Source of the DNA: Octopus bimaculoides
Lineage: Eukaryota
Assembly (NCBI RefSeq): GCF_001194135.2
Contig: NC_068981.1
Span: 2,808,404 to 2,872,403 of the forward strand
Length of the DNA: 64,000 nucleotides
Direction of reading: 5' to 3'
The position numbers were made by a program, and so were the translations under genes. Shown here in pieces: positions 14,189 through 27,450 of this stretch (positions are counted from its first letter, which is position 1; each line of letters opens with the position of its first letter). The notes beneath the pieces are model-generated. The model was given only the letters and a program-made list of their open reading frames with translations, did no database searches and had not been told where the DNA came from.

Positions 14189-14358
14189 CATATATATGAA
14201 GGGCTTCTTTCAGTTTCCGTCTACCAAATCCACTCACAAGGCTTTGGTCGGCCCGAGGCTATAGTAGAAGACACTTGCCCAAGGTGCCACGCAGTGGGAC
14301 TGAACCTGGAACCATGTGGTTGGTAAGCAAGCTACTTACCACACAGCCACTCCTGCAC
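13880..14358 (-). mobile_element. tRNA-derived SINE, family A
   Basis: The head contains the B-box-like GGTTCAGTCCC and the body contains gaagacacttgcccaaggtgcc. An internal CA/TA tract is partly gapped. There are many copies in the window. Confidence 0.85.
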
Positions 14359-14359
14359 C

Positions 14360-15290
14360 AATCACTAAGTGCAAACACATCATAATCCATCCACACACAT
14401 TTCTCTCCCACAACATCTCAATTCTTTCTGACACACTGTCTAGCAATCTGGAACACCCTCAAGTCTCTGATCTTCACACTGTAAGACATTGGCAACAACT
14501 ACCTTTCTGTTTCTACCCGAGCTAGTTAAACCGAATACCAAGCTTCCCTTTTAGCTACCTGATATGGTTCTTGGCTACCCCCACTTCTCCCCACCCTCAA
14601 ACCTGTTCTCTTTTATGGCCCCATCAACCTCAATGTTCCACCACCATGTCACCTTTGTTCTGGCAAAAGTTTCACTCCAACCACAGATTTGGTCTGTCAC
14701 CCTTGGTAGATTGTCCTCTAAGAACTTCCAGTTGTCCTTTAATGTCATTATGTCTCTGTCTCTTCCTCCTCGTTATCAAATACTTCATTAAGAATGTCTC
14801 TAAATTTCAGCCCATTTCAAAGATCCTTAAGCCTCCATAACCTCCTCCTTTTCTATACCTGATTGTGTCTGTGGGTCCTTCTAACCCTAAGCCTGAAGTC
14901 ACTAACCTATACTGAGTTGTACATTCTTCATCGGGGAAGGACTTTGCATTTACAAGGATCCATCTGATCCTGTTTCTGGTGAGAATGGAATCAATCTGGC
15001 CAGTGTGCCTGCCAGAGTGATAAGTGGTCAAAATGGCTGGCTGATTTCCTGAAGTTGCTATTGCAAACCAGTAGATCTTTTGCATCACAAAACACCAGCA
15101 GCCAAGTTCCCTCTTCATTTCTAGAACCAACGTTGTAACCTCCATGCACGTCATGAAATCCAAAGTTTTTTCCCAGCCCCACCCACTGAAGTCCCCAGCC
15201 ATGATGATAACATTGTCTTTCATCATCGATGATAGTACACAGAAGGGATTCACAGAAACTGTCCTTCTGAACATCTGTCATGACATTGTT
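14360..15290 (-). mobile_element. Decayed RTE-clade LINE fragment (APE endonuclease C-terminus and linker)
   Basis: Frameshifted peptides IIMAGDF, GFHDVHGGYNVGSRNEEG, TYHSGRHTGQIDSILTR and AKSFPDEECTTQYRLV are typical of RTE endonucleases. Confidence 0.85.
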
Positions 15291-16639
15291 ACATTAAACA
15301 AGATTATTCTTAGCTTAATAATCCTAGCACACACCCTTATTACCGCAATCACCTTATCCACCCACTTCTCTGTCAGAAGAATACCTATACCACCTTACAC
15401 ATCACTACTGCCCACCCAGAAAAAAACACACACACATACAAAGAAAATATACAGTTGATTAGTGAACTATATCATGGCCATAAATGAGGGGAAAAGAAAT
15501 GGTGTATAACTATGTGACAGTCAGTGGAGGGCTCTAACTATGTTGAGTTACCTGAAGGTAGTAACCCCACAGGTGCCATACTTATTTAAATTGAGTCCAT
15601 AAAAAGAATCCAGCCATGTAAACTGGTTATTTTACTCATCAATTGCATAGTGTCTCCGCTAACTACAACAGGACAAGAGGGAGCATCTATGGGGTCACTT
15701 GATCTACTAGAAATAGCATCCAGTCTTTCCCAAATTACACCTGTTTGTCTAAAATAAAAGGGTGTTGGGGTGGTCACAACTGGAATGTATCTGATTGCCA
15801 ATCTGATTGATTAGTATTGATCTAGAGTTTAACAACAACAACAACAACAACAACAGCAAAATACTCTGACCTCTGCTTTTTCTCAGTGTTCCTAATGCAA
15901 AACATGACAAATAAAGGAACACAAATGGGGGAGGGGGCAGAAAAGTACACAGATGAACCTGTCTGGTGGGAAAATCAAACTTGTTGGACACAAAAGTTTG
16001 GATGTTTGCAAAGGCAAGAAAAGACTCTGGCAATAAGCTGTGCCAATTTCCTAAGACGGCGCTAATAAACAGATATACTCCAAGACCATTGAAGAACTAA
16101 CAACATTTTAGTGTTACATTAAAAGAGAAAACATGGAATGAACGAGTTGGAAAGTTAGTAGAAACAGCACAGTTTCTCTAATGAAATATAAATTCGAGGA
16201 CATTTCATCCAATTTGATAATAGAAATATTAATGAACACATGTAATTAATAATGATTTCAAATTTTTGCCATAAGGGCAGCTTGTGGGAGGGGATTAAGT
16301 CATTTATATTGACCCCAATGCATAACTGGTACTTATTTAATTGACCCTGAAAGGATGAAAGGCAAAGTCAACCTCGGCAGAATTTAAACTCAGAACATAG
16401 TGGCAGATGAAATAACAAGTAATTAATAATACTAATGATTTATTACACTGTAGTGACAATTCAAATTAATTAGCAGGAATGGTAAGTCTTCCCTTTTATC
16501 CGTGTCCAAAGTTATGGACAATGTTAGATAATTATTCTGAATGGAAATGATACTGGGTTAGGTTTTTAAAGTCATTGTATATCAGACGAATGATGCTGAG
16601 GATGATTCCANNNNNNNNNNGGGGGGGGGGGGGTCACTG

Positions 16640-16933
16640 TGAACACCCGACAGTCAATGTAACTAGCACTATCATGCAATTAATGTGTAAGTGGTTGAGT
16701 ACTCCACAGACATGCAAACCTTTAATATAGTTCTCAGGGAGATTCAATATGACACAGAATATGACAAGGCTGGTCCTTTGGATTACAAGGTCAGCTCGTT
16801 TTTGCCAGCTGAGTGCACTGGAGCAATGTGAAATAAAATATCTTGCTCAAGGATACAATGTGTCCCCAGGAATCGAACTCGCAAACTTACAATCTTGAGC
16901 GCGATGCCCTAACCACTAAGCCATGCACCTTCA
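16640..16933 (-). mobile_element. tRNA-derived SINE, family D
   Basis: The minus-strand head contains ggcttagtggttagggc and gagttcgattcc (A/B boxes). A second copy lies at ~51655-51915. Confidence 0.75.
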
Positions 16934-17224
16934 GTCGGTCAATGATGTCTGTTGTCAACTGGGAGGGAGGAAGAGGCGGTCAAAGAGGACTTCATTTGGT
17001 CAATTGAGAAGGGTTTGACGATAACCCCTGACCAATTCATCAGCAATGAACCCCTCAGCTCATCAGTGATGGCCCTCACTCCCAGCTCCTCAGTTCATCA
17101 ATGGCAGTACAACAAAATGGTGAACGTCAGTTGGTCAGTGAGTAAAACCAAGCTTTAATCACTGCCGTTTGGTCAGAGTTTATGAAATTGAATCTGGGTA
17201 GGTTGTAATAGGGGCCAGAGTAAA

Positions 17225-17860
17225 ATGAGAGAGAGAGAGAAAAAGATTAAGAAGAGGGGAAAGAGGAGGAGAGAGGGAGAGAGAATTAGAGGGGTTTGGA
17301 GAAAGAGGGAGAGGAGGCTAGAGAGAGGGGAGGGATTAGAGAATGGGAAGGAAGGATTAGAGAGAGAAAGAAGACTGGAGAGGGAAACAAAGAGGATTAG
17401 AGAGGGAAAGAGAATTAGGGAGAGAGGAAGTGGATTAGAGAGAAAGAGGATTAGAGAAAAAGAAAGAAAGAGGATTAGAGAGAAAGAGGTTTAGAGAGAG
17501 AGAGAGGTTTAGAGAGAGGGGATTAAAGAGAGGATTAGAGAGAGACATGATTAGAGACAGAGGGGGATTAGAGAGGATTAGAAAGAAAGGGCAAGATGAG
17601 TAGAGAGAAAGGGAGAGAGAAGTAGAGAGAAAGGGAGAGAGAAAGGGAGAGAGAGGAGTAGAGGGGGTGGGGGTAGGATTAGCAGAAGAGGAAAGGATTA
17701 GAGAGAGACAGTGAATAGAAAGCAGAGAAACATTACAAAGAGAGACAATTAGGAGAGAGAGAGGGGGGAGAGGGAGAGAGAGGGGGGGAGAGGGAGAGAG
17801 AGGGGGGAGAGAGGGAGAGAGAGAGAAGGGAGAGAGAGGGGGAGTGTGTGTGTGTGTGGA
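17225..17860. repeat. Polypurine (GA-rich) tract with recurring gattagagag motif
   Basis: Directly visible. Confidence 0.9.
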
Positions 17861-18621
17861 AAGAAGAGAGAAAAAGGAAGAAATCTAAACAAGTGGTGAC
17901 TGTTCAGTTGGCAGCAACAACAACAACACCAACAAATCTCAAAATTATCTTTGATCACACCTGTTCCATTTCCTGCTAATCAGTAATTGAAATCTGGCAG
18001 GTAAGCTGGAAGCAATAAAAGTTTCTAATAAATGTACTGAGGTCAGATTAGATTAGAAAAACCATTAAACAGAATAAATGTGGCAAATTCTCCACAGACA
18101 GTACCACATGTCTGCTATACATTTTATGCTGTTAAAAGAACATGTGGATAGGAGAAATCCTCATCTGTAAAAAAAATCGTTTAGACACTTGCTAAAATAA
18201 ACAGTCTCAGATAACAGCCTCAAAAGCTTTCAAGGAGAAATATCAACAATTTATGTTAATACATAAACTGTTGAGAAGCTATTTAGATCAAACATATAGA
18301 AAACTGCAAAGAAATAAACAAGTGCAACGGAGATGTTTGAATTTCAGATAATCATTGCACTGTCAGTCATTAAAACCCCTGCCATTACTGTTTTCTCTAT
18401 TGCTAACAGCCCCTCTTTACCATTTCTGTCTCTCCTATTTCTCACTCCCTCCATCCCTCCACACTGTCACCTGATCAGTCGGCTGCTCCCAGACTAGACT
18501 CTGGCTTCCTTTTTCTTTCTACCTTCCCATCTTCGTTCATCTTTTACAGCAACAGTTCTCAATGGTTTTCTTTATTTCTTTGTCCATGGACCCCTCTTAT
18601 TCCTACTTTCATCGACTAGAC

Positions 18622-19157
18622 CAGTGGTTCCCAATCTGTGGTCAGCAAAGGTAGTACTGGGGGTCCGTGAACTAAATTCAAAATTTTTTCTTTTTTTCAT
18701 TTGGTATCCTCTCAGAAACTTTTGCTTCCATTTGTCGTAATTTGCTACTCTAAATGGTAACAAGAGTAGATTGAGTATCTATCAATGAAAACAAAACAAA
18801 AAATGGAGAAAAAAATCATATTATTGACATGTAAAAAACACCACTTGAGCATGGCTGTTGCCAGTTCCGCCTGACTGGCCCTTGTACCGGTGGCACGTAA
18901 AAGCACCCACTACACTCTCAGAGTGGTTGGCATTAGGAAGGCATCCAGCTGTAGAAACTTAGCCAGAACAGACTGGAGACTGGTGAAGCCATCTGGCTCA
19001 CCAGTCCCCAGTCAAACCGTCCAACCCATGCCAGCATGGAAAGCAGACGTTAAACAATGATGATGATACATAAGGATAAGCATATTAAAAGGGGTCCGTG
19101 AGAAAACTCATTTAAATAAAAAGGGGTCCTTGGTAGCGAAAAGGTTGGGAGCCACTG
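18622..19157. mobile_element. hAT (Charlie-like) MITE with nested SINE
   Basis: TIR CAGTGGTTCCCAA/TTGGGAGCCACTG, TSD gactagac/tactagac, SINE at ~18840-19066. Confidence 0.85.
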
Positions 19158-20699
19158 TACTAGACCCTCATAGCCATTCAATGCTAAATAAATCCTATAA
19201 TATTTTTATAATTAAATAAATATTATTAGGAACGGCATAAAAAAAAATAGTTAAAATATTTTGTGCATCATAGAAGTATATAACCAATTTATTGCACAAA
19301 TTTTAATGAAATCCTGTGGACCCTGGTTGAGAACCACTCATCTATAGTAACCATCTGCTCTACGCAACACTGTTGGTCAAATTGTGTCTATTGGAGACAA
19401 TGTGACAAGAGGTGAGGATCCCCTTTTGCAGTGCAGGGTACATGGTGACCTTACTGGTGCTGCAGTAACAATAAAAAAATGCACCCAATTTAGTCTCTAA
19501 AGAGATTAGCAAACAAGCAGAGACAGCATAAGGTTGAGAGGGGACTTTTAAGTTCTGTCTGTTTGAGATCATAACAACCGCTCTGGGGTTGGTACCACAA
19601 GAGAATGCTTACAGTTCAATCTGTAAAGTGATTGGTGTGAGTAAGGGCATCTAGCTATGAAAATCATGTCCAAATAAAACATGAGCAAGACATGGTTCAC
19701 CCAACCCACCTCGGGGGCTATTGCAATATATTCTACCCTTACCAGTACACAAAGTGAAATGACGATGACGATGATAATGATCTGAATGTTATTGAGGGTG
19801 TGGCAGGGCTCCAACCCATCATGTTTTACATGGCAGGTGGTACTTATCCTATCAGTCTCTTTTGCTGGACCGCTAAGTTACAGTGACATAAACACACCAA
19901 CACCAGTTGTCAGGTAGTAGTGGGGGACAAATAGAGACAAAGACATACATGCAATGACTTTCTTTCAGTTTCCATCTACCAAATCCACTCAGAAAGCTTT
20001 GGTTAGCCTGAGGCTATAGTAGAAAATACTTGCCCAAGGTACCATGTAGTGGGACTGAACCCAGAACCATGTGGTTGGGAAGCAAACTGAGCACACAGCT
20101 ATGCTTGCTGAAACTTTTTCAAAACAAAAAGAACATCAATAAAATCACTTCCATTATTGCAATCACTGAAGCTCACTAACGATTTTTACGATATTGTAGT
20201 GATTAGGATAATGGGAGCAATAACACAGTCTGCAGAAACATAGAATCAATGGTTTTAATATTCCAAAAACTATTTGAAAACCTCGCCACAGTCAAACTTG
20301 CCTTTTGTCCACTCCAGACCAATAAATAAAATATTAAGGGTCGATTCAACTCCTTATATTCTTTCCCATACAAAACTGACCTTTGTGAATTCAGTTTCAT
20401 TATTACAACCCGTATTAATTCTATGATATTATGTAACATAATATCTACAGCTTCCTTTCATAGAAAATTTATCCACATATTCTCTATTGCAGAAAGTTTG
20501 TGTTACAATCTCCACAGACACAATATCTGAGGTTTAATGGTTGTTACTTTTTTTTTTTTTCTTCCCCCTCTCAAAGATCTCAAATTTTAACACAGAAATT
20601 AAAACTCAATTCACAAACATAGAAATGCCATTTGTAGGATTTACTTAAGGAAGTTGTTTTTCAGCTTTTCTTTATCAATAAAACAGACACATATTTCAG

Positions 20700-21260
20700 C
20701 AAAGTGGCTGCATGGTTAGAAGTCTGCTTCCCAACCACATGGTTTCGGGTTCAGTCTTACAGCATGGCACCTTCGGCAAAGTGTCTTCTACTATAGCCGC
20801 AGGCTGACCAAAACCATGCAAGTGGATTTGGTAGACAAAAACTGAAAGGCGGCGAGCTGACAGAAACGTTAGCACGCCGGGCGACATGCTTAGTGGTATT
20901 TTGTCTGCCACAATGTTCCGAGTTCAAATTCCACTGAGGTCAACTTAGCCTTTCATCCTTTCAGGGTCGATGTAATCGACTTAATCCCTTTGTCTGTCCT
21001 TGTTTGTCCCCTCTATGTTTAGCCCCTCGTGGGCAGTAAAGAAATAAAAATCTGAAAGAAGCCCACTGTGTGTGTGTATGTGTGTCCCACCATTGCTTGA
21101 ACCAGTGTTGGTGTGTTTATCTCCACGTTAACTCAGTAGTTCTTCAAAAGAGACCAATAAAATAAGCAACAGGCTTAGGAAAAGAAAAAATTTGTTTTGA
21201 ATAACATTTTCGAAGGTGGTGCCCCAGCATGGCCGCAGTCTAATGACTGAAACAAGCCAG
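20700..21260 (+). mobile_element. Family A SINE with nested family C SINE (20848-21046)
   Basis: The host breaks at aaaaactgaaa and resumes at aaaaatctgaaagaagccc. Confidence 0.75.
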
Positions 21261-22301
21261 AGAATAAAGTCTGAAAATTAGTTGAGTATACTTTCCTTTG
21301 TATTCCAAAACGACTCTCTTCNNNNNNNNNNNNNNNNNNNNNNNNNNNNNNNNNNNNNNNNNNNNNNNNNNNNNNNNNNNNNNNNNNNNNNNNNNNNNNN
21401 NNNNNNNNNNNNNNNNNNNNNNNNNNNNNNNNNNNNNNNNNNNNNNNNNNNNNNNNNNNNNNNNNNNNNNNNNNNNNNNNNNNNNNNNNNNNNNNNNNNN
21501 NNNNNNNNNNNNNNNNNNNNNNNNNNNNNNNNNNNNNNNNNNNNNNNNNNNNNNNNNNNNNNNNNNNNNNNNNNNNNNNNNNNNNNNNNNNNNNNNNNNN
21601 NNNNNNNNNNNNNNNNNNNNNNNNNNNNNNNNNNNNNNNNNNNNNNNNNNNNNNNNNNNNNNNNNNNNNNNNNNNNNNNNNNNNNNNNNNNNNNNNNNNN
21701 NNNNNNNNNNNNNNNNNNNNNNNNNNNNNNNNNNNNNNNNNNNNNNNNNNNNNNNNNNNNNNNNNNNNNNNNNNNNNNNNNNNNNNNNNNNNNNNNNNNN
21801 NNNNNNNNNNNNNNNNNNNNNNNNNNNNNNNNNNNNNNNNNNNNNNNNNNNNNNNNNNNNNNNNNNNNNNNNNNNNNNNNNNNNNNNNNNNNNNNNNNNN
21901 NNNNNNNNNNNNNNNNNNNNNNNNNNNNNNNNNNNNNNNNNNNNNNNNNNNNNNNNNNNNNNNNNNNNNNNNNNNNNNNNNNNNNNNNNNNNNNNNNNNN
22001 NNNNNNNNNNNNNNNNNNNNNNNNNNNNNNNNNNNNNNNNNNNNNNNNNNNNNNNNNNNNNNNNNNNNNNNNNNNNNNNNNNNNNNNNNNNNNNNNNNNN
22101 NNNNNNNNNNNNNNNNNNNNNNNNNNNNNNNNNNNNNNNNNNNNNNNNNNNNNNNNNNNNNNNNNNNNNNNNNNNNNNNNNNNNNNNNNNNNNNNNNNNN
22201 NNNNNNNNNNNNNNNNNNNNNNNNNNNNNNNNNNNNNNNNNNNNNNNNNNNNNNNNNNNNNNNNNNNNNNNNNNNNNNNNNNNNNNNNNNNNNNNNNNNN
22301 N

Positions 22302-22520
22302 CTCTCTCTCTCCCTCATTCATTCATTCACACACACTTTCTCTCTCTCTCTCCCTCATTCATTCATTCACACATACTTTCTCTCTCTCTCTCCCTCATTC
22401 ATTCATTCACACACACTTTCTCTCTCTCTCTCCCTCATTCATTCATTCACACACACTTTCTCTCTCTCTCTCCCTCATTCATTCATTCATTCACACACAC
22501 TTTCTCTCTCTCTCTCTCTC
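22302..22520. repeat. 40-bp minisatellite built from CT/ATTC/CA motifs, adjoining a 980-N gap (21322-22301)
   Basis: Unit attcattcacacacactttctctctctctctccctcattc. Confidence 0.9.
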
Positions 22521-22584
22521 ACAGGTGGCTGCTAAGAAACCCCGAATGTAGATGACTGTCTTTGATTTTATTTTCGAGAACCAG

Positions 22585-23040
22585 ATAAACTATGTTTAGG
22601 GATGCTGTCAGAAGGGTGAGACTTTTCCACAAGGACAGCAAGGAACTTAATGTGCAATGCAGGTGGACCTCTGCCAGGGTTCAGTTCTCAGTCCCCTCCT
22701 GTTCATTCTATTTCTCTAGGACTACCATGTCAAATGTAATGCTTACAGATTATCCACATTGTTTTGAATTAATCAGGCATTATCTCCTAGCTTTGAGATT
22801 TTAAAAATGTGATGGTTTATTTCTAAAATGGCATCGTAGGGTAGGTATGAGAGGCTGGATCTGGCTAGTTTAAATACTAAAGAGTCAAGAGAAGTTGCCC
22901 ATGGGAACTTCTGCATGCTGATGACATAGTTCTCCTAGGTGATTCTGTAAAAGACTGAGAAAATGTTCCAAACATGGAAGCAGAACCTAGAATCGAAAGT
23001 CTGTAAAGTAAGTCTAACAAACACAAGAGACAGAAAGCAA
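22585..23040 (+). mobile_element. Decayed RTE reverse transcriptase fragment, interrupted by a MITE (~22725-22886)
   Basis: Peptides MFRDAVRRVR, QGSVLSPLLFIL, CPWELLHADDIVLLGDS (YADD motif) and FQTWKQNLESK. Confidence 0.8.
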
Positions 23041-23803
23041 GAAGAAAGAGAAAACTCTACTGCCATACGTGAAATGGTCATGCTGAATATATGGAAAGGA
23101 GCGCATCCATGCATGGGTTGTTGCCAGTGCCACCTAACTGGCTCCAAGTGCTGGTGGTGGCACATAAAAAGCACCATGCAAACGTTGTCAATGCCAGCCC
23201 CCCACCACCTCAACTGGCTGCTGTGCTGGTAGCACGTAAAAAGCACCATCCAAACATGGCCGATGCCAGTGCTGCCTGAGTGGCTCCCGTGCCAGTGGCA
23301 CTTAAAGAGCACCCACTACACTCTCGGAGTGGTTGGCATTGGGAAGGGCATCTAGCTGTAGAAACATTGCCAGATCAGATCGGAGCCTGGTGCAGCCTCC
23401 TGGCTTGCCAGTCCCCAGTCAAACCGTCCAATCCATGCCAGCATGGAAAACGGATGTTAAACAATGATGATGAGGAGGAGGAGCAAAAAATTCTGTACTG
23501 TGCAGCCAATGTAAGCATATGCATGTTCCAGGGATGTAGTGGAACAACAGGCAGGTTGACAGAAGGACTGTGCACGCAGCAGAGACACAGGAGTCACTAG
23601 TAGTAAGGACGCCCATGCTGAATGTTCTAAAGTCTCACAAAATAGAGCAGAGGTGTTGCAAAAAGGTAAGTAAAAATAGTGGGGTGGGAAAAGTTTAAGG
23701 GAGCTATCACCTTTGTTGATAACAAAGATAATTCTAGTTAAGGGCAGATTGTATAATGGTTGCGTGATGGCTGTGTGGCATGGTAGTGAAACATGGCCAT
23801 TAA

Positions 23804-24296
23804 CCCTTTTGTACATTATTTCTTTTGAAATACACGGCTTTTCTTTCAGTTAATTTTGAAGATATTGAAGAATCTAGCAAAACAACTGTCACTGTTAATC
23901 TGGTGTTTGAAAAATAAATAAGGAGATCTTGATGGAAGATTTTACTTTAAATCCATTTAAACCAGTGGTTCCCAAACTTTTTTGAACTGCTGCTCCCAAG
24001 ACACCCAGGCCACATTCCTAGCATCCCCACCTCAACTAACCACCACATAGCCCTCTTTCTGAAGCCAATTCAAAGCAACTGTATTTCACAAACAAAACTT
24101 AACCTAACAAACCCATTATTTTGTTGCTTTCACATGAATCACTACCCCATTATCAACCCACTTTTCTTCAAGGCTCCCTTGGATCTTTCCACTGCCCCAG
24201 GGGGAAAAATACTGCCCGCTTTGGGAACCACTGCTTTAAACAGTAATATGTATCATAGAACCAAGAGCAGTCTCAGGCAGTTTGGTATCAAAAGGG
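23804..24296. mobile_element. piggyBac-type MITE containing a hAT MITE
   Basis: TTAA|CCCTTTTG ... CAAAAGGG|TTAA. Confidence 0.8.
23963..24233. mobile_element. hAT (Charlie-like) MITE
   Basis: Perfect 14-bp TIR CAGTGGTTCCCAAA/TTTGGGAACCACTG. The 8-bp TSD is atttaaac/ctttaaac. Confidence 0.88.
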
Positions 24297-24304
24297 TTAA
24301 AGGC

Positions 24305-24610
24305 TAAGAATGTGTGAGGATTGGATAGAAAATGAGCTGGTCATGGTCCACTGAGTATGCAGTGTTAACACGCATGAGTGATGGAGTACACATGAGCTGA
24401 GGGAGTAGGATGAGTGCAAGAGGAGTCTGCTGTAGTATGCAAGAAGGGTGCCGTACTGGTTTGGATATATGACACATTTGAAGAATGAAGGTTTGTGAAG
24501 AAGAACTGAACAATCCAAGAAGAAATGAACCTGTGGGAGAGGAAGATCACAAGATATAAGGAGAAGTAGCAGACACTGACATCAGAATATTGAACCCCAC
24601 AAAGGAATTG
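24305..24610 (+). mobile_element. Decayed RTE LINE 3' ORF fragment
   Basis: Stop-riddled peptide resembling RTE C-termini (..VCSVNTHE..ELRE..RRVPYWFGYM..TCGRGRS..). Confidence 0.65.
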
Positions 24611-26049
24611 AAACGGGGGGGGGGGGGGTAACCTGAGAAACATTCTATGTTGCATCCAACTTGTGCAAGTATGGGGAAAAAAACAGAATAATGTAAATAC
24701 ACACACAAAACCATTTTACACACCACTATACCATTTCTGTCAATCCACTGACTAAAATGAGCTTTTTTCTTCATCAAATATTTGTTTAAGCTAACCTAAA
24801 TATCACAGTCTTGTTTCCCTGGATAAAACCCACATTTTTTTCCCCCACAGAAAGTCTTCAGTGACACTTTTATTGTTCGGTGTATGAACACTTAGAATTG
24901 TTAACTCCAAAATAACTGTCACTAAGCTAATATTGCAAGTAATCATGAACAATTGTAAAGTGGATTGTCTCTGTTCTTATTGCTGCTGCTCTCGCTGCTG
25001 CTGCTCTCGCTGCTGCTGCTGCTGCTGTATTTTTGTGTGTAATTAATTGATTAGCTTCAGGCATGAAGTTGTGTTTTAATGTCAGAGCAATAGATAAGAA
25101 AAAGAAAAACAATTACCAAAAATGGTGCAAACAAGAGATGTTTGTGATTGATGTCTACTATTTAAAAGAATGTTTGATAAAACAAGTACATTACAATAAT
25201 GAATAGACAAGCATCTTATTTCAGTATAAAAAGTATTATTATCATCATCATCATCATCATTATTAAATGAGAAGAAACAAAGAGAAAGAAGGACTCGTGA
25301 TTATCTTTGTATGAAAGACAAGAGAGAACACATAATTTATGTTTTCCTTAAATTTTTTATCAAGTTTATCCTGACTCTTAACAAAACTTCAAGCTGAAGT
25401 CCATATCAGGATAAAATAGGGGACAATGAAGAAACAGGAATTCGAACCACAACCACAAGAAGAGAGTCGATTATACAAATACATTTCTGATTACCTGGCA
25501 CCTCCCAACATAATTGTGGGAGAACACTTAAATTTCCCTCAACCATTATTAATAACTTTTTCATAGCCAACCCTTTATGAGACGTTTATCTATTCACTAG
25601 TAAGATACTGGAAGGGTGAAAAAGCTTTCCTCACATCTAACTATAATAATATAAAGTTGCAAATGTTTAAAACTAACACCAATGCTTGCCCCCTAAAGAC
25701 TTTCTTCCTCTATGAGGAGCAAGCTAAGAGATAACTTACTTTCATTGTGGGGGGTAGAGTGTCCCAGTGTGAAAGAGGAAAAAGTAAATATATGCCCTTC
25801 ACAGAGAGGGTCCACTGGGGGCCCAGTGGTTATGAGATTAGCACATTGCATTAGATTTTGTTTTAAATGTTTGTGCCTTCATATTATTGTAGTCGAAGGG
25901 TTGTTTCGAGTGAACAAACAAAGGTGTGTCATGAAGGCTTAGAAGAGAAAAAGTTATTAATAACATGGCAGCAAACGTCTAGGAATTTACCTTTAATTAT
26001 AATTACATGCCTTCTGTCAATCCAACAAAAGAGATAACTATCCTAGCAT

Positions 26050-26474
26050 GGTACATTATTTACATTTGATGTATATTTATCCTCATCTTAATACACCATT
26101 TTGAGTGTGGCCGTTGCCAGTACCGCCTGACTGGCCTTCATGCGGGTGACACGTAAAAGCACCCACTACACTCTGAGTGGTTGGCGTTAGGAAAGGCATC
26201 CAGCTGTAGAAACTCTGCCAAATCAGATTGGAGCCTGGTGCTGCCATCCGGTTTCACCAGTCCTCAGTCANNNNNNNNNNTAGAAACTCTGCCAAATCAG
26301 ATTGGAGCCTGGTGCTGCCATCCGGTTTCACCAGTCCTCAGTCAAATCGTCCAACCCATGCTAGCATGGAAAGCAGACGTTAAACGACGATGATGATGAT
26401 GATGATGATCTTGTTTGTTGTTAACACAACGCTTCGGCTGATATACCCTCCAGCCTTCATCAAGTATTTTTTGA

Positions 26475-26480
<6 letters not shown>
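26050..26480 (-). mobile_element. Internally deleted copy of the 56-kb hammerhead element, split by a SINE insertion
   Basis: gtacattatttacatttgatgtatatttatcctcatctt (~26051-26089) resumes as ttgtttgttgttaacacaac...cagccttcatcaag (26411-26464) after a SINE. Confidence 0.7.
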
Positions 26481-26510
<30 letters not shown>

Positions 26511-26953
26511 GGTGGCGAGCTGGCAGAATCGTTAATGTGCTGGACAAAATGCTTCGCAGTATTTCGCCCATCGCTACGTTCTGTATTCAAATTCTGCTGA
26601 GGTCAACTTTACCTTTCAGGGTCAATAAAATAAGTACCAGTTGAACACTGGGGTCGATGTAATCGACTCATCCCCACCTCCACCAAGCCACCCTTGTGGA
26701 AAAACATTTGAAATAATAATAATGATAATTATTATTATAATAGATTACGATACAGTCAAAATTTGGTTTCCTCATACAGTTTATAGAACTCATTGAGAAA
26801 GTGTGTTAATACCCAATAATCATTTTGTCCAACACTGGACCCATATATGCTAATGAAAGGGTTAAAACGATATAAATGAAAATCTTCCAACAAAATTTCC
26901 TATTAATTCATGTTCCAAATATCAACTAAATAATAATAATACTTCATTATTTT

Positions 26954-27450
26954 GGAAAATTACTAATTTTAAATCTCACAACGAGAGATATTCAGCAACA
27001 GTACTTTGGAGTAAAGATTGTTTGACAAAATAAGATGGCAATCCTGGTTTAGGACGAATGTTGCTGTAATTTAGCCCCAGGAAACATCGTTTCCAGCTGG
27101 CTATACGACATGATCTGTGTCCTTATATTTTCGAACAAGGGCATTTAGCACCCCCACTCAGCTCAAAACAATATCTGTGTATCGCAATTTCTAGGTTATT
27201 TCCCTTCATCAGCACAGAATAATCGTTCGGCTAGAGATGGCGCTGCCAAATTCCCTTGTTCGAAATACATAGTTTTCAAAGTGACAATTAGTCATTGATC
27301 TTTAAATTAGAAAATTACTATTTTTAAATCTGTCAATGAGAGATATTCAGCAACAGTACTTTGGAGTAAAGATTGTTTGCCAACATAACATGGCAGTCCT
27401 GGTTTAGGACGAATATTGCTGTAATTTAGCCCCAGGAGACATTATTTTCA
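26954..27450 (-). mobile_element. Repeat with partial direct tandem and an internal hammerhead motif (Penelope pLTR-like architecture)
   Basis: The first ~130 bp (aaaattacta...gccccagga) recurs at ~27310-27445. A short inverted pair (~27125-27146 and ~27248-27272) flanks the hammerhead. A second copy lies at ~61615-61900. Confidence 0.65.
27174..27218 (-). ncRNA. Minimal type I hammerhead-like motif
   Basis: The minus strand reads TCTGTG-CTGATGA-AGG(gaaataa)CCT-A-GAAA-TTGCGAT-A-CACAGA. Stem I is a perfect 6 bp, stem III is the near-palindromic AUUGCGAU, and the triplet is AUA. Confidence 0.6.

Noticed and set aside
22915-22930. CTGATGA on the plus strand
   Set aside because: It encodes the ADD of the RT (Y/H)ADD motif and has no hammerhead stems.
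26207-26345. ~63-bp direct duplication around a 10-N gap
   Set aside because: Identical sequence on both sides of a placeholder gap is most likely a scaffolding overlap artefact.
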